A stretch of 64,000 nt of DNA from Eledone cirrhosa (GCA_964016885.1 OZ024741.1:378758001-378822000), one strand, 5' to 3'; positions 1 to 14,744 are shown, counted from the stretch's first letter. Made by a program: numbers and translations. Notes: generated from the sequence alone by a model not told the origin.

Positions 1-367
1 ATGTAAATTTCTAAAATCAATATTGCAATTTACAATTTTCACATATTTCCAAGTTTATATGTCATGCTAATGAACTATGAAATCTGATGAAAGTAAATTT
101 GTACTATACAATTACGGTAGTAGCAAATTGAAAAAATTAAGCTTCCAAAATATGCCAATTGTTTATCCTCATGTTATAGATGGTTAAATCGAATTTTCTG
201 TTCGTGTGACCTTTTTCAAGATCTGAAACAAATTAATGCCTGCATGATGAGGCATTAATGTTAAATAAGTGTTCATGAATTTACGAGACTGGAACATAGG
301 GTTACAAAGAGTCATAACGCTAACATACATGCATATAAATAAATAGATACATAATAAATATAGATAA

Positions 368-659
<292 letters not shown>

Positions 660-830
660 GTAGTCGCATGGCTGAGTGGTTAGAGAATTGTATTCGCAAT
701 CCTGAAGATGTGAATTCGATTCTCGTACCAGGTGATGCGTTATGTCCTGAGCAAGACACTTTATTTCACGTTGCCGCTTCTATCTGGAGTTGCGACTGAT
801 AGGTAGTATCTGCTATTGGAAAGACCAACG
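660..830 (+). mobile_element. tRNA-derived SINE
   Basis: A-box-like TGGCTGAGTGG, B-box-like GAATTCGATTCT, then the SINE body motif TGTCCTGAGCAAGACACTTTA. Confidence 0.7.
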
Positions 831-954
831 GAAACATTGTTTCCTTGGACCGATTTGACGAAAGTCGATCGACTGTCACTATTTAAATATAGATGTATGT
901 ATATATATGTATGTATATACATACATATGCATATATATATATATATATATATAT

Positions 955-1149
955 AGTTTTAATATAGATGAGATTCTACAGGAGTAGAACTGTTTCATTC
1001 ATTAGAAATCATCAGGAATCTCCTGATGATTTCTAATGAATGAAACAGTTCTAGTCCTGTAGAATCTCATCTATATTAAAACTGTTATACTCTGCTATGT
1101 ATTGAGTACCTTACTTACTGTGGTTACCTCCGATTCAACCCGGAATAAC
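955..1149 (+). mobile_element. Mini head-to-head PLE 3'-end insertion in (TA)n
   Basis: Arms ~955-1018 and 1021-1083 are near-perfect inverted repeats, each containing an HHR. A ~65 nt tail follows the right arm only. Related copy at 14476-14656. Confidence 0.8.
972..1020 (-). ncRNA. Type I hammerhead ribozyme (mirror copy 1021-1066, +)
   Basis: GATTC-CTGATGA-T-TTC/GAA-T-GAAA-CAG..CTG-TA-GAATC; 5-bp stem I, GUA cleavage triplet. Confidence 0.75.
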
Positions 1150-1192
<43 letters not shown>

Positions 1193-1501
1193 TATGGCTG
1201 CCCCCACGTTATCGAGTATGGCACGAGAATAAAAAAAAATAATAATAATAATAACAATAATAATAAATAAATTTAAAAAAAAAAAAATGAATATATATAT
1301 ATATATATATATATAATTAATACAATAACAGAGATAGTTTAAAGCTAAACACTGATTGGTAACCATCTCACTCAACAAACATTAGGTTATATTAAAATAT
1401 AAACCCAATTTAAGTGTTTGGGGTGCTAACAATATGTATAATGTGGAAAAGCTAGTTGTATTATTTTACGAGATATAATTGAAGTTAAAGTATATCTCTC
1501 T

Positions 1502-1628
1502 TTCCAAACAATTGTTTCATCATAAGTTTTCTACAAGTTTGGGAGAATGTTTCCAGTTTATGTAGAAGCCTAATATATATTCATGTAAGAATATATTTAG
1601 GTGGGCACTTATAAATCATCAGTGGAAG
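1502..1628 (-). ncRNA. Hammerhead ribozyme with branched stem II
   Basis: CTTCCA-CTGATGA-T-TTATAAG...CTTATGA-T-GAAA-CAATTG-TT-TGGAA; palindromic stem III. Confidence 0.7.
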
Positions 1629-2485
1629 CCCATTAGACATTGATATAAGAAAACAATTTCTTACCGCCGTCAAAAATCATGTCGAATGACCGCCACATTT
1701 GAAATTCCAGCAGTTTTTGATGAGGAAGTATCATAGCGACACGAAGCGGGAAGGGGAGACAACCCACGATCCACGAAATGAGGAAAAAAAAATAATATAC
1801 ACGCGGGTTAATTAGTTTTTTTGAAAACATTATCAATCCAACGTGTTTAAGAACTCAATTGAAAATAAAAAAATAAATATATGCTTGTATAAATTACACA
1901 CGCATATAGATATTTTCTTAGGCTAAATCAGAAGTTGTACCCGAATAAGAACCGCTTCTCATAACCGCAGTAAATGCAGAAAGTTATGCTATAAAGGGCA
2001 AATGGGAATATAATTCTCCGGCCGAATTATTAAGAGTAAAATATAAAACACACGCGGGTTAATTAGTTATTTCAAAACCAATATTAATTCCTCGTGTAAA
2101 GAACTCAATAAATAAAAGAAAATAAATACATATATGCATGTAATTATATACGTAGGCATATATATATATTTTCCTAGGCTAAAAAACAGAGAAGTTACAA
2201 CGAAAGAAAGCCAAAATATTTCACAACAGTAATAAATACGGTAAGTCAAATTCATAAGGTACCTGGAAATAAATACCTCTGGCCAATCAAGAGTAAATAT
2301 TTAATACAATAACAGAGATAGTTTAAAGCTAAACTCTGACTGGTAACCATCTCACTCAACAAACATTAGGTTATATTAAAATATAAACCCAATTTAAGTG
2401 TTTGGGGTGCTAACAATATGTATAATGTGGAAAAACCAGTTGTATTATTTTATGAGATATAATTAAAGTTAAAGTATATCTCTCT

Positions 2486-2612
2486 TTCCAAACAATTATT
2501 TCATTATAAGTTTTCTACAAGTTTGGGAGAATGTTTCCAGTTTATGTAGAAGCCTAATATATATTCATGTAAGAATATATTTAGGTGGGCACTTATAAAT
2601 CATCAGTGGAAG
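2486..2612 (-). ncRNA. Hammerhead ribozyme, second unit
   Basis: Same fold 984 nt away; TTATAAG/CTTATAA stem is perfect here. Confidence 0.65.
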
Positions 2613-3203
2613 CCCATTAAACATTGATATAAGAAAACAATTTCTTACCGCTGTCAAAAATCATGTCCGTAAAGTTGCTCTCTCTCAACTCGAATGACCG
2701 CCAAATTTGAAATTCCAGCAGTTTTTGACTGAGGAAGTATCATAGCGACACGAAGCGGGAAGTGGAAACAATCCACGATCCACGAAATGAGGAGAAAAAA
2801 AATATATATATATACACGCGGGTTAATTAGTTTTTTTGAAAACATTATCAATCCAACGTGTTTAAGAACTCAATTGAAAATAAAAAAATAAATATATGCT
2901 TGTATAAATTACACACGCATATAGATAATTTCTTAGGCTAAATCAGAGTTTGTACCCGAATAAGAACCACTTCTCATAACCGCAGTAAATGCAGAAAGTT
3001 ATGCTATAAAGGGCAAATGGGAATATAATTCTCCGGCCGAATTATTAAGAGTAAACTATAAAACACACGCGGGTTAATTAGTTAATTCAAAACTAATATT
3101 AATTCCTCGTGTAAAGAACTCAATTAATAAAAGAAAATAATACATACATACATATATACATACACACATACATACACATACACACACACATATACACACA
3201 CAT

Positions 3204-3269
<66 letters not shown>

Positions 3270-3380
3270 GCAATAATAATAATAATGACAACAACAATAA
3301 TAATATGCATATTCATATATATATACACACACACGCACGCACATAAGCATATCTACACACACACACACACACGATAGCAA

Positions 3381-4090
3381 CTAACAGTGCTGCAATCGAA
3401 TGTGGCTTTTTAGCCCAGCCAATGATCTAAAATGTCTTGCACAGAGTCGGCAATCAAAACATTCACTGGGAATAGTCGGCTGTGGTTGGAGTTCGTGTAC
3501 TTTTGCATTCCTGTTACCCTTTCCTTTGTACAAGACCACCATTACTGCATCTCTCCAGTCCTCAGGCACGGATTCATTAGCCCATATCCTTCCAAACAAA
3601 GAGTGAAGATGTTGCAGGAGTCTCTCACCACCATATTGTAGGAGCTCAGCATGTATGCTATCCATACCTGGAGACCTTCCACTGTTCAGCTTCGAAATAG
3701 CCTAATTATCTCTTTTACATTGTTCTGGAACATCATTGAATTGGGAAAAAAAAAAAAAGTAATAATAATAGTAATAATAATAATAATAATAATAGTACAC
3801 TATTAATAATTATTAATGCACTCGTGCAATGCTTGTGCGTGACGAATATTTTTAAAGTGAGGAAAGACTGTGCACTGAGCCAATCCCACTGTCTGAGCGA
3901 TAATAGCTATAACCCGAAAAGAAGAAAAGATCAACATCATCGGTAACTACTGAGCCGCAGGTTTTATATCGGAGTTAACCCAGTTTCCTGAGATGCCTTC
4001 TCCTAGAAGAATGCCCTGACAAGGGCTAGGGATTCTTCACTCCCAGTGGTTTAACTGCGCGATCGGGCATCCAGCCCGATTATTTCTATG
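3381..4090 (-). mobile_element. Internally deleted RTE-clade LINE
   Basis: RT N-terminal segment SPGMDSIHAELLQ...VPEDWRDAVMVVLYKGKG joined to C-terminal C2H2 CRLC..FRSLAGLKSHIR; RTE-type 5' UTR motif (CCTTCTCCTAG on +) near 3995. Confidence 0.75.
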
Positions 4091-4244
4091 TCCCCGCGCA
4101 AAAAAAAAAAAAAAAATCACTTATTGACACTTATACGTACGACATACACACACAGGCATACATATGCGCGCACACAGCAACACTCCTACATACAAACAAA
4201 CACACACACACGCTACTCTACTCACTTACACGCACACACACACA

Positions 4245-4281
<37 letters not shown>

Positions 4282-4339
4282 CCGTCATTACTGATACAAG
4301 ATTACAAGATTATGTCAATTGTTGACTTTCAAGAGTTTG

Positions 4340-4540
4340 TATAGTTGAAGCCGATCGTATTACAGTCCAGTATTACTATAATTGCTTTACAGCATATAGT
4401 TATGGCTCTCCACGCTCTGAGCTCAAATCCCGCCGAGATCAACCTTGCCCTTCATCCTCCGGAGTCAACAAAAGAGAGTACCAGTGATGCGCTGGCCAGT
4501 CGCTGGATCCGTGCCAAAAGCAGAAAAATTATTATTAAAG
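4340..4540 (+). mobile_element. SINE fragment, same family as 34975-35160
   Basis: CTGAGCTCAAATCCCGCCGAGATCAACCTTGCCCTTCATCC...AGTACCAGT matches the reverse complement of 35025-35095. Confidence 0.7.
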
Positions 4541-5469
4541 TTGTTTTCTTAAGGCCCGGTCGCTGGTGATGGTGATGGCGGCGGCGGTGGCGGTGGTGGT
4601 GGTGGCAGTTGATGTTGTTGTTGTGTTGTGTGTGTGTGTGTTTTGTTATTTTGAGTTTGTTTTCCCTTCCCCTTTTCTTTTCTTTTCTTTTCCCTTCCTT
4701 TTTTTATGTTTTGATGCCGCTGTTGTTGTTGTAAATGTTCATTTCAGTTCATTCTGAAGCTGTTGTTGCTGTATACATTAGTGCCGGTGTTGTTGTTGTT
4801 GTAGATGTTGGGGTTGAAATCTGGTCGTTTGACTGAGTGATGTATATACACACATATACATACACACACATATATATATACACATTCAACAGAGAGTAAA
4901 GAGTTTGACAACAGGTCGATGACTTTAGTCTAGATAGGGTATGGTATGGTAATGACATGTGATGGTGGGGAGAGAGTGTAGACGTTATTGTGGTGGTGGG
5001 GACAGTGAGATGTATCTAGTTCATTTGACCGTTTTCTTCTCTTAGCAAACTTTGGATTTTAGCCATGTTATATTGAGATGTAAGTAAATGTAAAATGTAA
5101 AATATAAATAAGATTGCTCTGCTAAAATATACTAAAATATTTGTGTAACTTCCACAAACTTCTGTCGTGACATTCCCAATCCAGTGACCAAAAAATTGTT
5201 GTACTTTGATGTTTCAGAATACAAAAATTAATTAAAAACTTACCCCACGAAAAGACAGCGTGTGTTGTCCTATCTATAAGCTCCAATAAATGTGAAGATA
5301 AAAATATAAAAATGACAAGATAAGGATAAATATATATAAAATATTTAAAAAGCATAGAGCAAATATTTATTAAAATAACATTAAAGTTAAAGTAAAGAAT
5401 CGCTGATTTCACGCTTAGCGGGATTCTTTTTATTAACTTAATCTGTTACTTTAATATATATATCGTTTA

Positions 5470-5640
5470 TATGAAATCATGTGTTGAAACTAATATTGTT
5501 ATATTTGGGGAGGGTCATTTGTTATAATATTGCCAGAAATAATTGTTTGGTGTGGATCACTTTTCGGTTCTGTATTTCTTATATCTCCATAATTAATTTA
5601 TCTGACAATCAGTGGATATCATTGATTGACCAACGGTTAA
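5470..5640 (+). repeat. Dispersed PLE-terminal-type repeat (also 9785-9960 +, 14880-15016 -, weakly 13460-13520)
   Basis: Shared GAAAC..ATATTGTTATA.TTGGGGAGGGTCAT..AATATTGCCAGAA block abutting microsatellites. Confidence 0.6.
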
Positions 5641-6764
5641 AATCACACACACGCACACATACACACACATACACACACACACACACGCACACCCACACAC
5701 ACACACACCTCCAGACACACACACATATATATATATACTCTATCAACATTCTTTCGTCACACACATGTGAAATCATCAGTTGTTCTATTATGTTTTCCCC
5801 CGTCGTCTACGCCATTTTTATTTTATTTATTTTATATTGGTTCTCGTATCTGTCTGTTTGCGCATGCGTTTCATTGTGTGTTTTCTGTTTGGTGTGTGTG
5901 TGTTCGTGTTTAAATTATTTGTGCTTTTGGATTCTATCTTTATTCACTACTGTATGTTTATATGTGTTTGCTGTTATTGAGTGTGTGTGTATGTGTATGC
6001 TATTCATTAGAGTTAGTGCAGTATTTAATTCATTTCTTTATTCATCTATTTATTTATCTACATTTCAAACACTAGACAATGTCCTTAACCACATATTTAC
6101 AAGTACCACATACCCCGTTAACATATATCGTTTACATACTAACCACACCACAGAAAACGTTACCCCCTACATACTATACTCTGATTCTCATGTATTCTTC
6201 TTAGTATTCTTATCCTTAACTTAGCATTAATCTAATTTTATAGTTATTATTATTCCTCTCTAACAAACTCTCACCAACAGAAACACAACCATTCTTTGGT
6301 ACAGCACAACGCCCTTTCATCTCCCAATCACGTATCGCCCATAGCCACCGACGATACGATCTCACACAGCACCTAGCTTCACCACATAAACACCATATTG
6401 TATATGATACTGCCAAAACACTACACCACCAAAACGCATATCAACCATAGTTTGCCACGACAGTCTCTTCATAAATTACAGGGGGTGTGTTACATTATAT
6501 ATATAGGTCGAGAAAGGTTTCATTGAAAATTATCCACATGTATTGAGTACGTTACTAAATTTGTTTAGCCTTGATTGAGCCCGCAACGCACGAACACAGG
6601 CACCACACACATATGATATATATGAATTTGACACCGACGCAGTAGGCAGTGATTTTCTCAATGGCTAGGAATTCAGTCCACGCTTTGCTATTTTCTATCC
6701 ACTGAATTATTTTTGTATAAGTTTCCAGAGTCCACGCTTTGCCTGGAAGCTTAGCTGAGAATAG

Positions 6765-6846
6765 ACTTCCCTGACGACGAAATGATTCTCAATATTTTCT
6801 TCGGAAAGTATATTTATTCCATTTCAGAAACTAATTAGTTGGGAGT
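6765..6846 (+). ncRNA. Hammerhead ribozyme
   Basis: ACTTCC-CTGACGA-cGAAATG...CATTTCa-GAAA-CTAATTAG-TT-GGGAGT. Confidence 0.75.
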
Positions 6847-7286
6847 GAAATTTTAGTAAGTAAGTTAATTTTATAATTTTCTTATTTTACGTCTCTCATA
6901 TTATTGTTCTGCAACCCCATGCATTGAACCACAAAGTTACTAAGACAAAACCTATATATTTGCTAGCATTGATATGCATCTGTATGTATATATATGTTAC
7001 TAGATATTAATTCTTTATAATTATTTCCAAATTATATGTCGAGCAATATTGGCCAAGACTGCTGCTATGGTAGCAGGCAGGCCGCTGTCTTCTTAACAAA
7101 CCACTTTCCACTGATTGACCTCGATGTCACGTGATTGATTCTTTTGAATTTACCACCGACGCAGTAGCCAGTGATTTTCTCAATGGCTAGGAATTCAGTC
7201 CACGCTTTGCTATTTTCTATCCACTGAATTATTTTTGTATAAGTTTCCAGAGTCCACGCTTTGCCTGGAAGCTTAGCTGAGAATAG

Positions 7287-7368
7287 ACTTCCCTGACGAC
7301 GAAATGATTCTCAATATTTTCTTCGGAAAGTATATTTATTCCATTTCAGAAACTAATTAGTTGGGAGT
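7287..7368 (+). ncRNA. Hammerhead ribozyme, second copy
   Basis: Same sequence as 6765-6846. Confidence 0.75.
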
Positions 7369-7409
7369 GAAATTTTAGTAAGTTAACTTTATAATTTTCT
7401 TATTTTACG

Positions 7410-7744
<335 letters not shown>

Positions 7745-8212
7745 TGCGTGTGCGTGTGTGTGCGTGTGTGTGCGCGTGTGTGTGCGTATATGTGTGTGTG
7801 TGCGCGTGTGTGTGTGCGTGTGTGTGCGTATGTGTGTGCGTGTGATAGAGAGAGTGTGTTCGATCGTGTGTCTGAGAGTATCATAGCATTTTGTAAGACT
7901 AAATATCCGAAAGATATCCATAAAAAATCACAAATATTATGTTATATTGACGATGGAAACATGTTACTTCTTTTCATTTTTATTCTTAATGTTCAAAGCA
8001 AGGAATTCTATGAATCAAAGGTATCGTGAGTGTTGGAGACGAATGTGGCATTCGTTTCGAATAGAACACTTAATTAAAATTAAATAATAAACTTATCACG
8101 TTACGCCTTTCTTATTGATGCAACTGTACATATTAAATACAGGCACGAACACACACTCAACGACAACATTATATACACACACAACAGCTCCAATATATAT
8201 ACACACACTAAC

Positions 8213-8263
<51 letters not shown>

Positions 8264-8264
<1 letters not shown>

Positions 8265-9744
8265 TAGCAGTTTAGCCCGGCGTTGCTCGGGTTTATTCAT
8301 TTACCCTGAAAAGTTACATACAGGTAAAAGTGACTTGAAAGCGAATAAGCTTATCAATTAAGTGCATGAAACAGTTGAACCGGTTATTAAAAGTTACGAA
8401 ACAATTTGGACAATCAATGATGGGTTAATAATCTTCCAATAGCGAATTTAGCAGACCAAAGTTGCAAGATGGTGGCCCTAATGACGCTGGTTGTCAGATC
8501 TGTCCGCCATGGGTGAACCTACCAGGAAATAGTTTTCGAGACGGCATAGCTCCAATACCTCAAATACCTGCAACAACAACTATACCACCTCTTTGTAGAC
8601 GATATTGCGTGTCATCACTTGAGGAGTGCAAGCAAAAATGTCCATTCCTGCTCCCTACGCGGGAATAGGCGAATGGGCGAAGCATGGCTCCCGCAAATGG
8701 ATGCCCGCCACCAACAATGTTTGCCCTTGTGACTTGTTAATGGACATGGCAAAACGTGGTCTCACCGGGAATTGGGATCGCCGGAAATCGAACGGGATAG
8801 CTGACGCCGAGGGAAAAAGGTTAATCCTTGGCAGTGTATTCGGCAGAATTGCCAGAAGTACAACACTATGGGTGTTGTCATATTAATATTTAACCAATGA
8901 AAGTCGTAAAAAATAAATAATTTAAACATTCCGATTCATATGTGTATAGCGTTAATCTGTTATATGAAGTGTTATTTTGCGGGTTGTTATTTGCAATAAG
9001 CCGATTTAATATACCCCAGAAAAGCTGTTTGTGAACACGGAACTCCAATGACCCCCAGCAGTTAAATTATAGAGAGGTGGGAATAATCTATTTTAGAGAG
9101 AGGGAAGACTGATGGAGAGAGTAAACCTAAGAAACTATAGAGAGGTGTGTATAACAGTGTTGTCATATATAAGAGTGAAGAGCGACAGATAGAGTAAATC
9201 AGTTAAATTATAGAGAGAGGGGAATAATCTATTATAGAGAGAGAGAAGACCGACGGAGAGATTAAAGCTAAGAAATTATAGGGTGGTGTGTTAAACCTCA
9301 AAGCATGAAGAGAGTAAAGCAGTTAAATTATAGAGAGGCGGAATGATCTATTATAGAGAGAAGGAAGAGCGATGGAGAGAGCGTTATGACTATGTTTGTT
9401 GTTGTATAAAATGATGTGTTGCTTAGTTTTCAAAGTTTATGTCGTGTTCCTGAACGAAGTTTTGTCGCTGTTGAGTAGTAGTGAGAGTGAATAAGTGTGT
9501 AAGAGAAAGGGTACACCATCTATTTAGTTTTAGCGATTTTATTCATAGAAGCAGGAAATGTTGGCAAAGTTTATTATGCGTTGACCATCGTTGGTAAATT
9601 TGGAGCACGTTGGAAAAAAAAAGCAGCAAAATCGGTAAAGAAATGTTGAAATGCATAAAAATCGGTAAAGAAATGTTGAAATGCATAAAAATCATACACA
9701 GACACACAGACAGACATCTTCCGTTATATATATATATATATAGA
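8264..9744 (-). mobile_element. Non-autonomous Helitron
   Basis: Minus strand has 5' TC at 9744, 3' hairpin CCCGAGCAACGCCGGG and CTAG at 8264; internal ~140-bp tandem repeats at 9058-9380. Confidence 0.85.
8600..8860 (-). pseudogene. Helitron PIF1-type helicase C-terminal remnant (absent from ORF track)
   Basis: Manual translation PRINLFPSASAIPFDFRRSQFPVRPRFAMSINKSQGQTLLVAGIHLREPCFAH...SRVGS. Confidence 0.85.
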
Positions 9745-9974
9745 AATATATTACGGCGATGAATTAGTTTTGCGAGGTTTTTGATATGAAATCGTGTGTC
9801 GAAACAAATATTGTTATACTTGGGGAGGGTCATATTTGTGTAATATTGCCAGAACACACTCACTGTTTTGTTGGTTTTCGCTTTTCGCTTCTGTTTCTTA
9901 TATATCGGTTAATTTAATTTATTCGGTCCTCAATGTTACCATTGACTGACCAACGGTCAATATATATATATATA

Positions 9975-12715
9975 AACACCCCACATCTAATAATATTAAC
10001 AACACCCATCCCCTCCTCTTATCAAAGACGCACCCAGATCATCAACACACACACCAGTATATCGCACTCACCCATACTACACCCACCACCCTCTCTCACC
10101 TCGTCCTACCAACCATCCACACATCCTACTAACACCTCCACTAAAATATACACAACTCCCACACACAACCACCCTCTCCTTCAACTGTTTATATTAACCC
10201 ACCTCCTCTCCTATCCACCGCACCTCCGCACACACATACACACATTCCAAGCACACATATAGCACACACCTGCCATCTACCACTCGTCTGCCTGTCACCC
10301 TCTTAACTGCGATTCCTCCCTCCCACATCCTTCACCCCGATTTCTCCACCCCATGCCTTAACCTTCTTGAACACTTTCTGTTGAGAGCGCACCCCATAAC
10401 TTCCCACTTCTTCCTCACCAATTCCACGGATCCTACACCACTGATTACATGCTCTGTTTACACCCGGATTTTTTCACCATCTGTCCACACACTCACTGGG
10501 AAAATATTCTGGAACACACACACACAAACACTTACACTATGTTCGCACACACGCAACCATACATTCCCACGTACTCACACCACACAAAAACACACACACG
10601 TGCGTATCCTCAAATACACCTACTCGGCCTACGGACTCGGGACGCCCCCTCTCCCGTACCACTCCGACCCCTCTCTATCCACACGCAGATACACACTGAT
10701 TTACACCCACCATATTTATACACTGGTCTTCTTATTACCTGAACATGGAACCTAGTTCTTCCCCAAGCACTCACACGCACATTCCCACATACCCCCACAC
10801 ACACACCACCTTCCATCCACCCCGCTTGGAACCCCATCTCCCTTCTCCCATCCCCCCCTCCATCCACCCACCACAACCTATACACGCATCACAGCCTTTC
10901 ACCACTTGTTTTCATTTGAATTTTTTTCCCTCATTTTAATTTGTTTCCTTCCTTTCCATTTTCTCGCCCATTTTAATGTCTTTCCAACACTCCCCCTCAC
11001 ACCCTCGGAACTATTTTCCTTCCCACTCTTCTTCTAATTAACGACTTATGCCCGAAACATCGTCCGCCACCCCGTCTCTCAAGTGTTAACCTAATACCAA
11101 CGCTATTCGTACTGCACTATGTGTTATTGTTTTTGTTTCTTGTTTTTTACTCATCGTTCGATTTTCTAATTGGATTTTCACCTTGAAACTGGACACCAAC
11201 CTGGAGTACACCTGACTTTCCACCAAGAAATCTTTCCTATCATTGAAACTTTGTTTGCTTCTTGCATTTAAACATTCCACGGCTCTCTACCACTTTTCCT
11301 CTACTACAATCTTTTTACACCACCTTCTTCTTCGCACCCGTCTACTTTTCACTCCCACTCTAGTACCTTCAATATGCCCAATCTCAAATCTTTTCTCCGC
11401 CAGCTCCATTCTACTCTCAAGCGCTTCCTCCAATCTCTCCCCTCCACCCTATATGCATCCAATTTTCCCTGCATCTCTCCAACCTCATCTTCACCAAAAC
11501 ACGATACAACAGTCACATCACATTTTTAAGTCGGGTATCCACCACCACCTCATTCCTGGCGGTTTCCGCCTCAAGTTTCACTCCACCTCTTACTCTGCTC
11601 CCCTCACTGAGCCGATCCTTACCCACTCCTCTCGCCAGCTCATGTGAGCGACCATTCGATCAACTCTCGTCCAAATCCGTTCTCTCGACCGAGATCTCCC
11701 AAAGGCCTACCTCCATCTCTCCTCCACTTGCCACCCTCTCCTCGCCCAATCCCTTATCCAATTCATCCTTGACCCCCCGCCTCTGCCTCTTTCACTCCCT
11801 CACGTCCCTTGTACAATGCCAACTTGTTTTTGGGGTAGGTCGAAGCCAACATCTTCTCCCAGTTCGCTGGACCGACTCCTGAGCTATACGGTCGTTATAT
11901 AGAAGACTATCGGCGCAACCTCTCTCTCACAAGAACAGCTCGACTGATTTCTTTCTTTTTTCCAATCTTTCCATTCTGCTCTCAATTTCACGGCCTCCGT
12001 CTCTGATTCTTCTGACGCTTTTATAGATGCCTCTCTATCTATTAATCACTCTCACCACACCCTCTCTACTTCCATCTTCATTAAACCAACAGACTCCCAA
12101 TCTTACATCGACTTCACCTCCTCCCATCCAACCCACACCAAACACTCCATAGCCTATTCCCAATTCCTCCGTCTTCGTCGTCTCTGTAGCTAGGACGACG
12201 ATTTCGAAACCCGTTCCCTTCGCATGGCTTCCTGCTTCATCCAGCGTGGATATCCCCCACCCTGATCCAAGCTGCTCTCACCCGCACCCGTGAAACAGAA
12301 TGCACAACAGCCATGTCACCTCAAACCATTCCCTCCAACACCTGTGTGCATTTCCCACTCACTACCACCCAATCACCCTACCACTCCGGCGACATATCAC
12401 CCTTTCCTTCCGTATCCTCTCTTCTGAACACGTCACTTCTCGCTTTTTTCCAAACCCACCCATTACTGCTTTTAAGCGCAACCGCAACCTCCACGACCTC
12501 CTGGTTCGCAGTTCATTTTCGTCCTCTCCCACGAATCCACCCGGCTCTCATCCTTGTTCCCGTTCCCGCTGCAACACTTGTCCCTTTATTTCCACTCTCA
12601 GCACTCGTACAGGCCCTAACGTGTCTTTCCGTATCCGCCATTCCTTCATTTGCACACCAACCCACGTTGTCTATGCCCCCCAGTGTTCCCTTTGCGAGTC
12701 TTTATATAGGGTCCT
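9975..12715 (+). mobile_element. Degenerate Neptune-type PLE (upstream 3' repeat plus deleted ORF)
   Basis: Fragments LIPGGFRLKF, KPTDSQSYIDFTSSHP..SIAYSQFLRLRRLCS, PPITAFKRNRNLHDLLVRS, CSRSRCNTC, VVYA..C..C. Confidence 0.8.
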
Positions 12716-13032
12716 ATTCCCCTCTTGGGCTAAACTCACCTCCACAATTTCTCTAATATCCCGTTCATTCTCACACTCCTGGATTGCTATCGCTTTATCT
12801 TGATCATTATCAGCTTCTCTTACAACTAATACATGCAGACTATATATGCTCACTACACTTTTCCATTCACTGTTCTGTATACACACATACACACCCTTAT
12901 ATTAACAGACTTTTCCTCATAGCTTCGTACTTACATGCACACACTATTTTACTCCCATATACTGCCACATTACTTCTGAGCTTGGTAAGGACGTATAATA
13001 ACACATACACACACGCGCGCGCGCGCGCGCAT

Positions 13033-13136
<104 letters not shown>

Positions 13137-13899
13137 ACACATGCTAATGCACGCGCACAAGTATAGCTCTTTATACAAAACGTAATTTTTCCATTTCAGG
13201 TTGACGCGCTCCATCATCAACTTTTCTAAAAAAAATAAATCATACACAAAGCGCCAGCACCAACAGTTTTGCAAGAGAGGTCAATATGAATGGACCTTTG
13301 AACATCGAAAACACTACCCGAAAATGAGAACTGGTCAACATCTTCGTATGGTTCCGAAGCCGTAGGTTTTTTTAAAGGTTTCCCCCTCCTAGAATGGTGT
13401 TGTTATATCAGTTGGAGGCCTTTCACTTCGTTTTTCAATTGGTTTTGCAAGATTTCTCATCTGAAAAAGTGTGTTGAAACAGTTATTGTTATACTATGGG
13501 AGTATAAAAACACACGCGCTTGTGGTTTTCACTTCAATTTATTATACATTTCAGGTTGGTTTAGTAGCTCGATAACCGGATGGGTGTTTATATATTGTCA
13601 AATCTCTTACGTCACACATTCTGTGAACTCCTCGGTGATTATTTTTATTTTCTGTCTCTCCCTTGTTCTGTCGTACACCATATTGGTTTTGTGTGTGTGT
13701 GTGTGTGTGTGTTTGGGGGGGGGGGGGGGGGGTGTATTTATTTATGTATTTATTTACTAGTCACTAGTTGTTTTTATTGTTCTATCTGTGTGTCTGATTT
13801 GTTTTGTTAGTTTGGTTTTTGTGTGTATCTTTATTTCTTTATTTTGTCCTCAATTACTAGTTGTGATGTTGCTATTCCACTCATGTGAGCATTGTAAAC

Positions 13900-14656
<757 letters not shown>

Positions 14657-14660
14657 TATA

Positions 14661-14740
<80 letters not shown>

Positions 14741-14744
<4 letters not shown>

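Larger units (their letters stand above)
1317..3140 (-). mobile_element. Non-coding ~984-bp tandem repeat (~1.85 units), one HHR per unit; retrozyme-like or non-autonomous PLE
   Basis: TTAATACAATAACAGAGATAG starts at 1317 and 2301; microsatellites on both flanks. Confidence 0.75.
6626..7419 (+). mobile_element. Retrozyme-like element: ~275-bp direct repeats, 522-nt period, one HHR per repeat
   Basis: 6626-6900 is nearly identical to 7147-7419; no ORF; ends in (TA)n. Confidence 0.8.

Noticed and set aside
6000-6600. Very degenerate PLE N-terminus and tail fragment
   Set aside because: Only scattered motifs; boundaries cannot be supported.
9058-9380. Repeat-spacer or CRISPR-like array
   Set aside because: Degenerate ~140-bp tandem repeats inside a Helitron in eukaryotic DNA; no unique spacers or cas genes.
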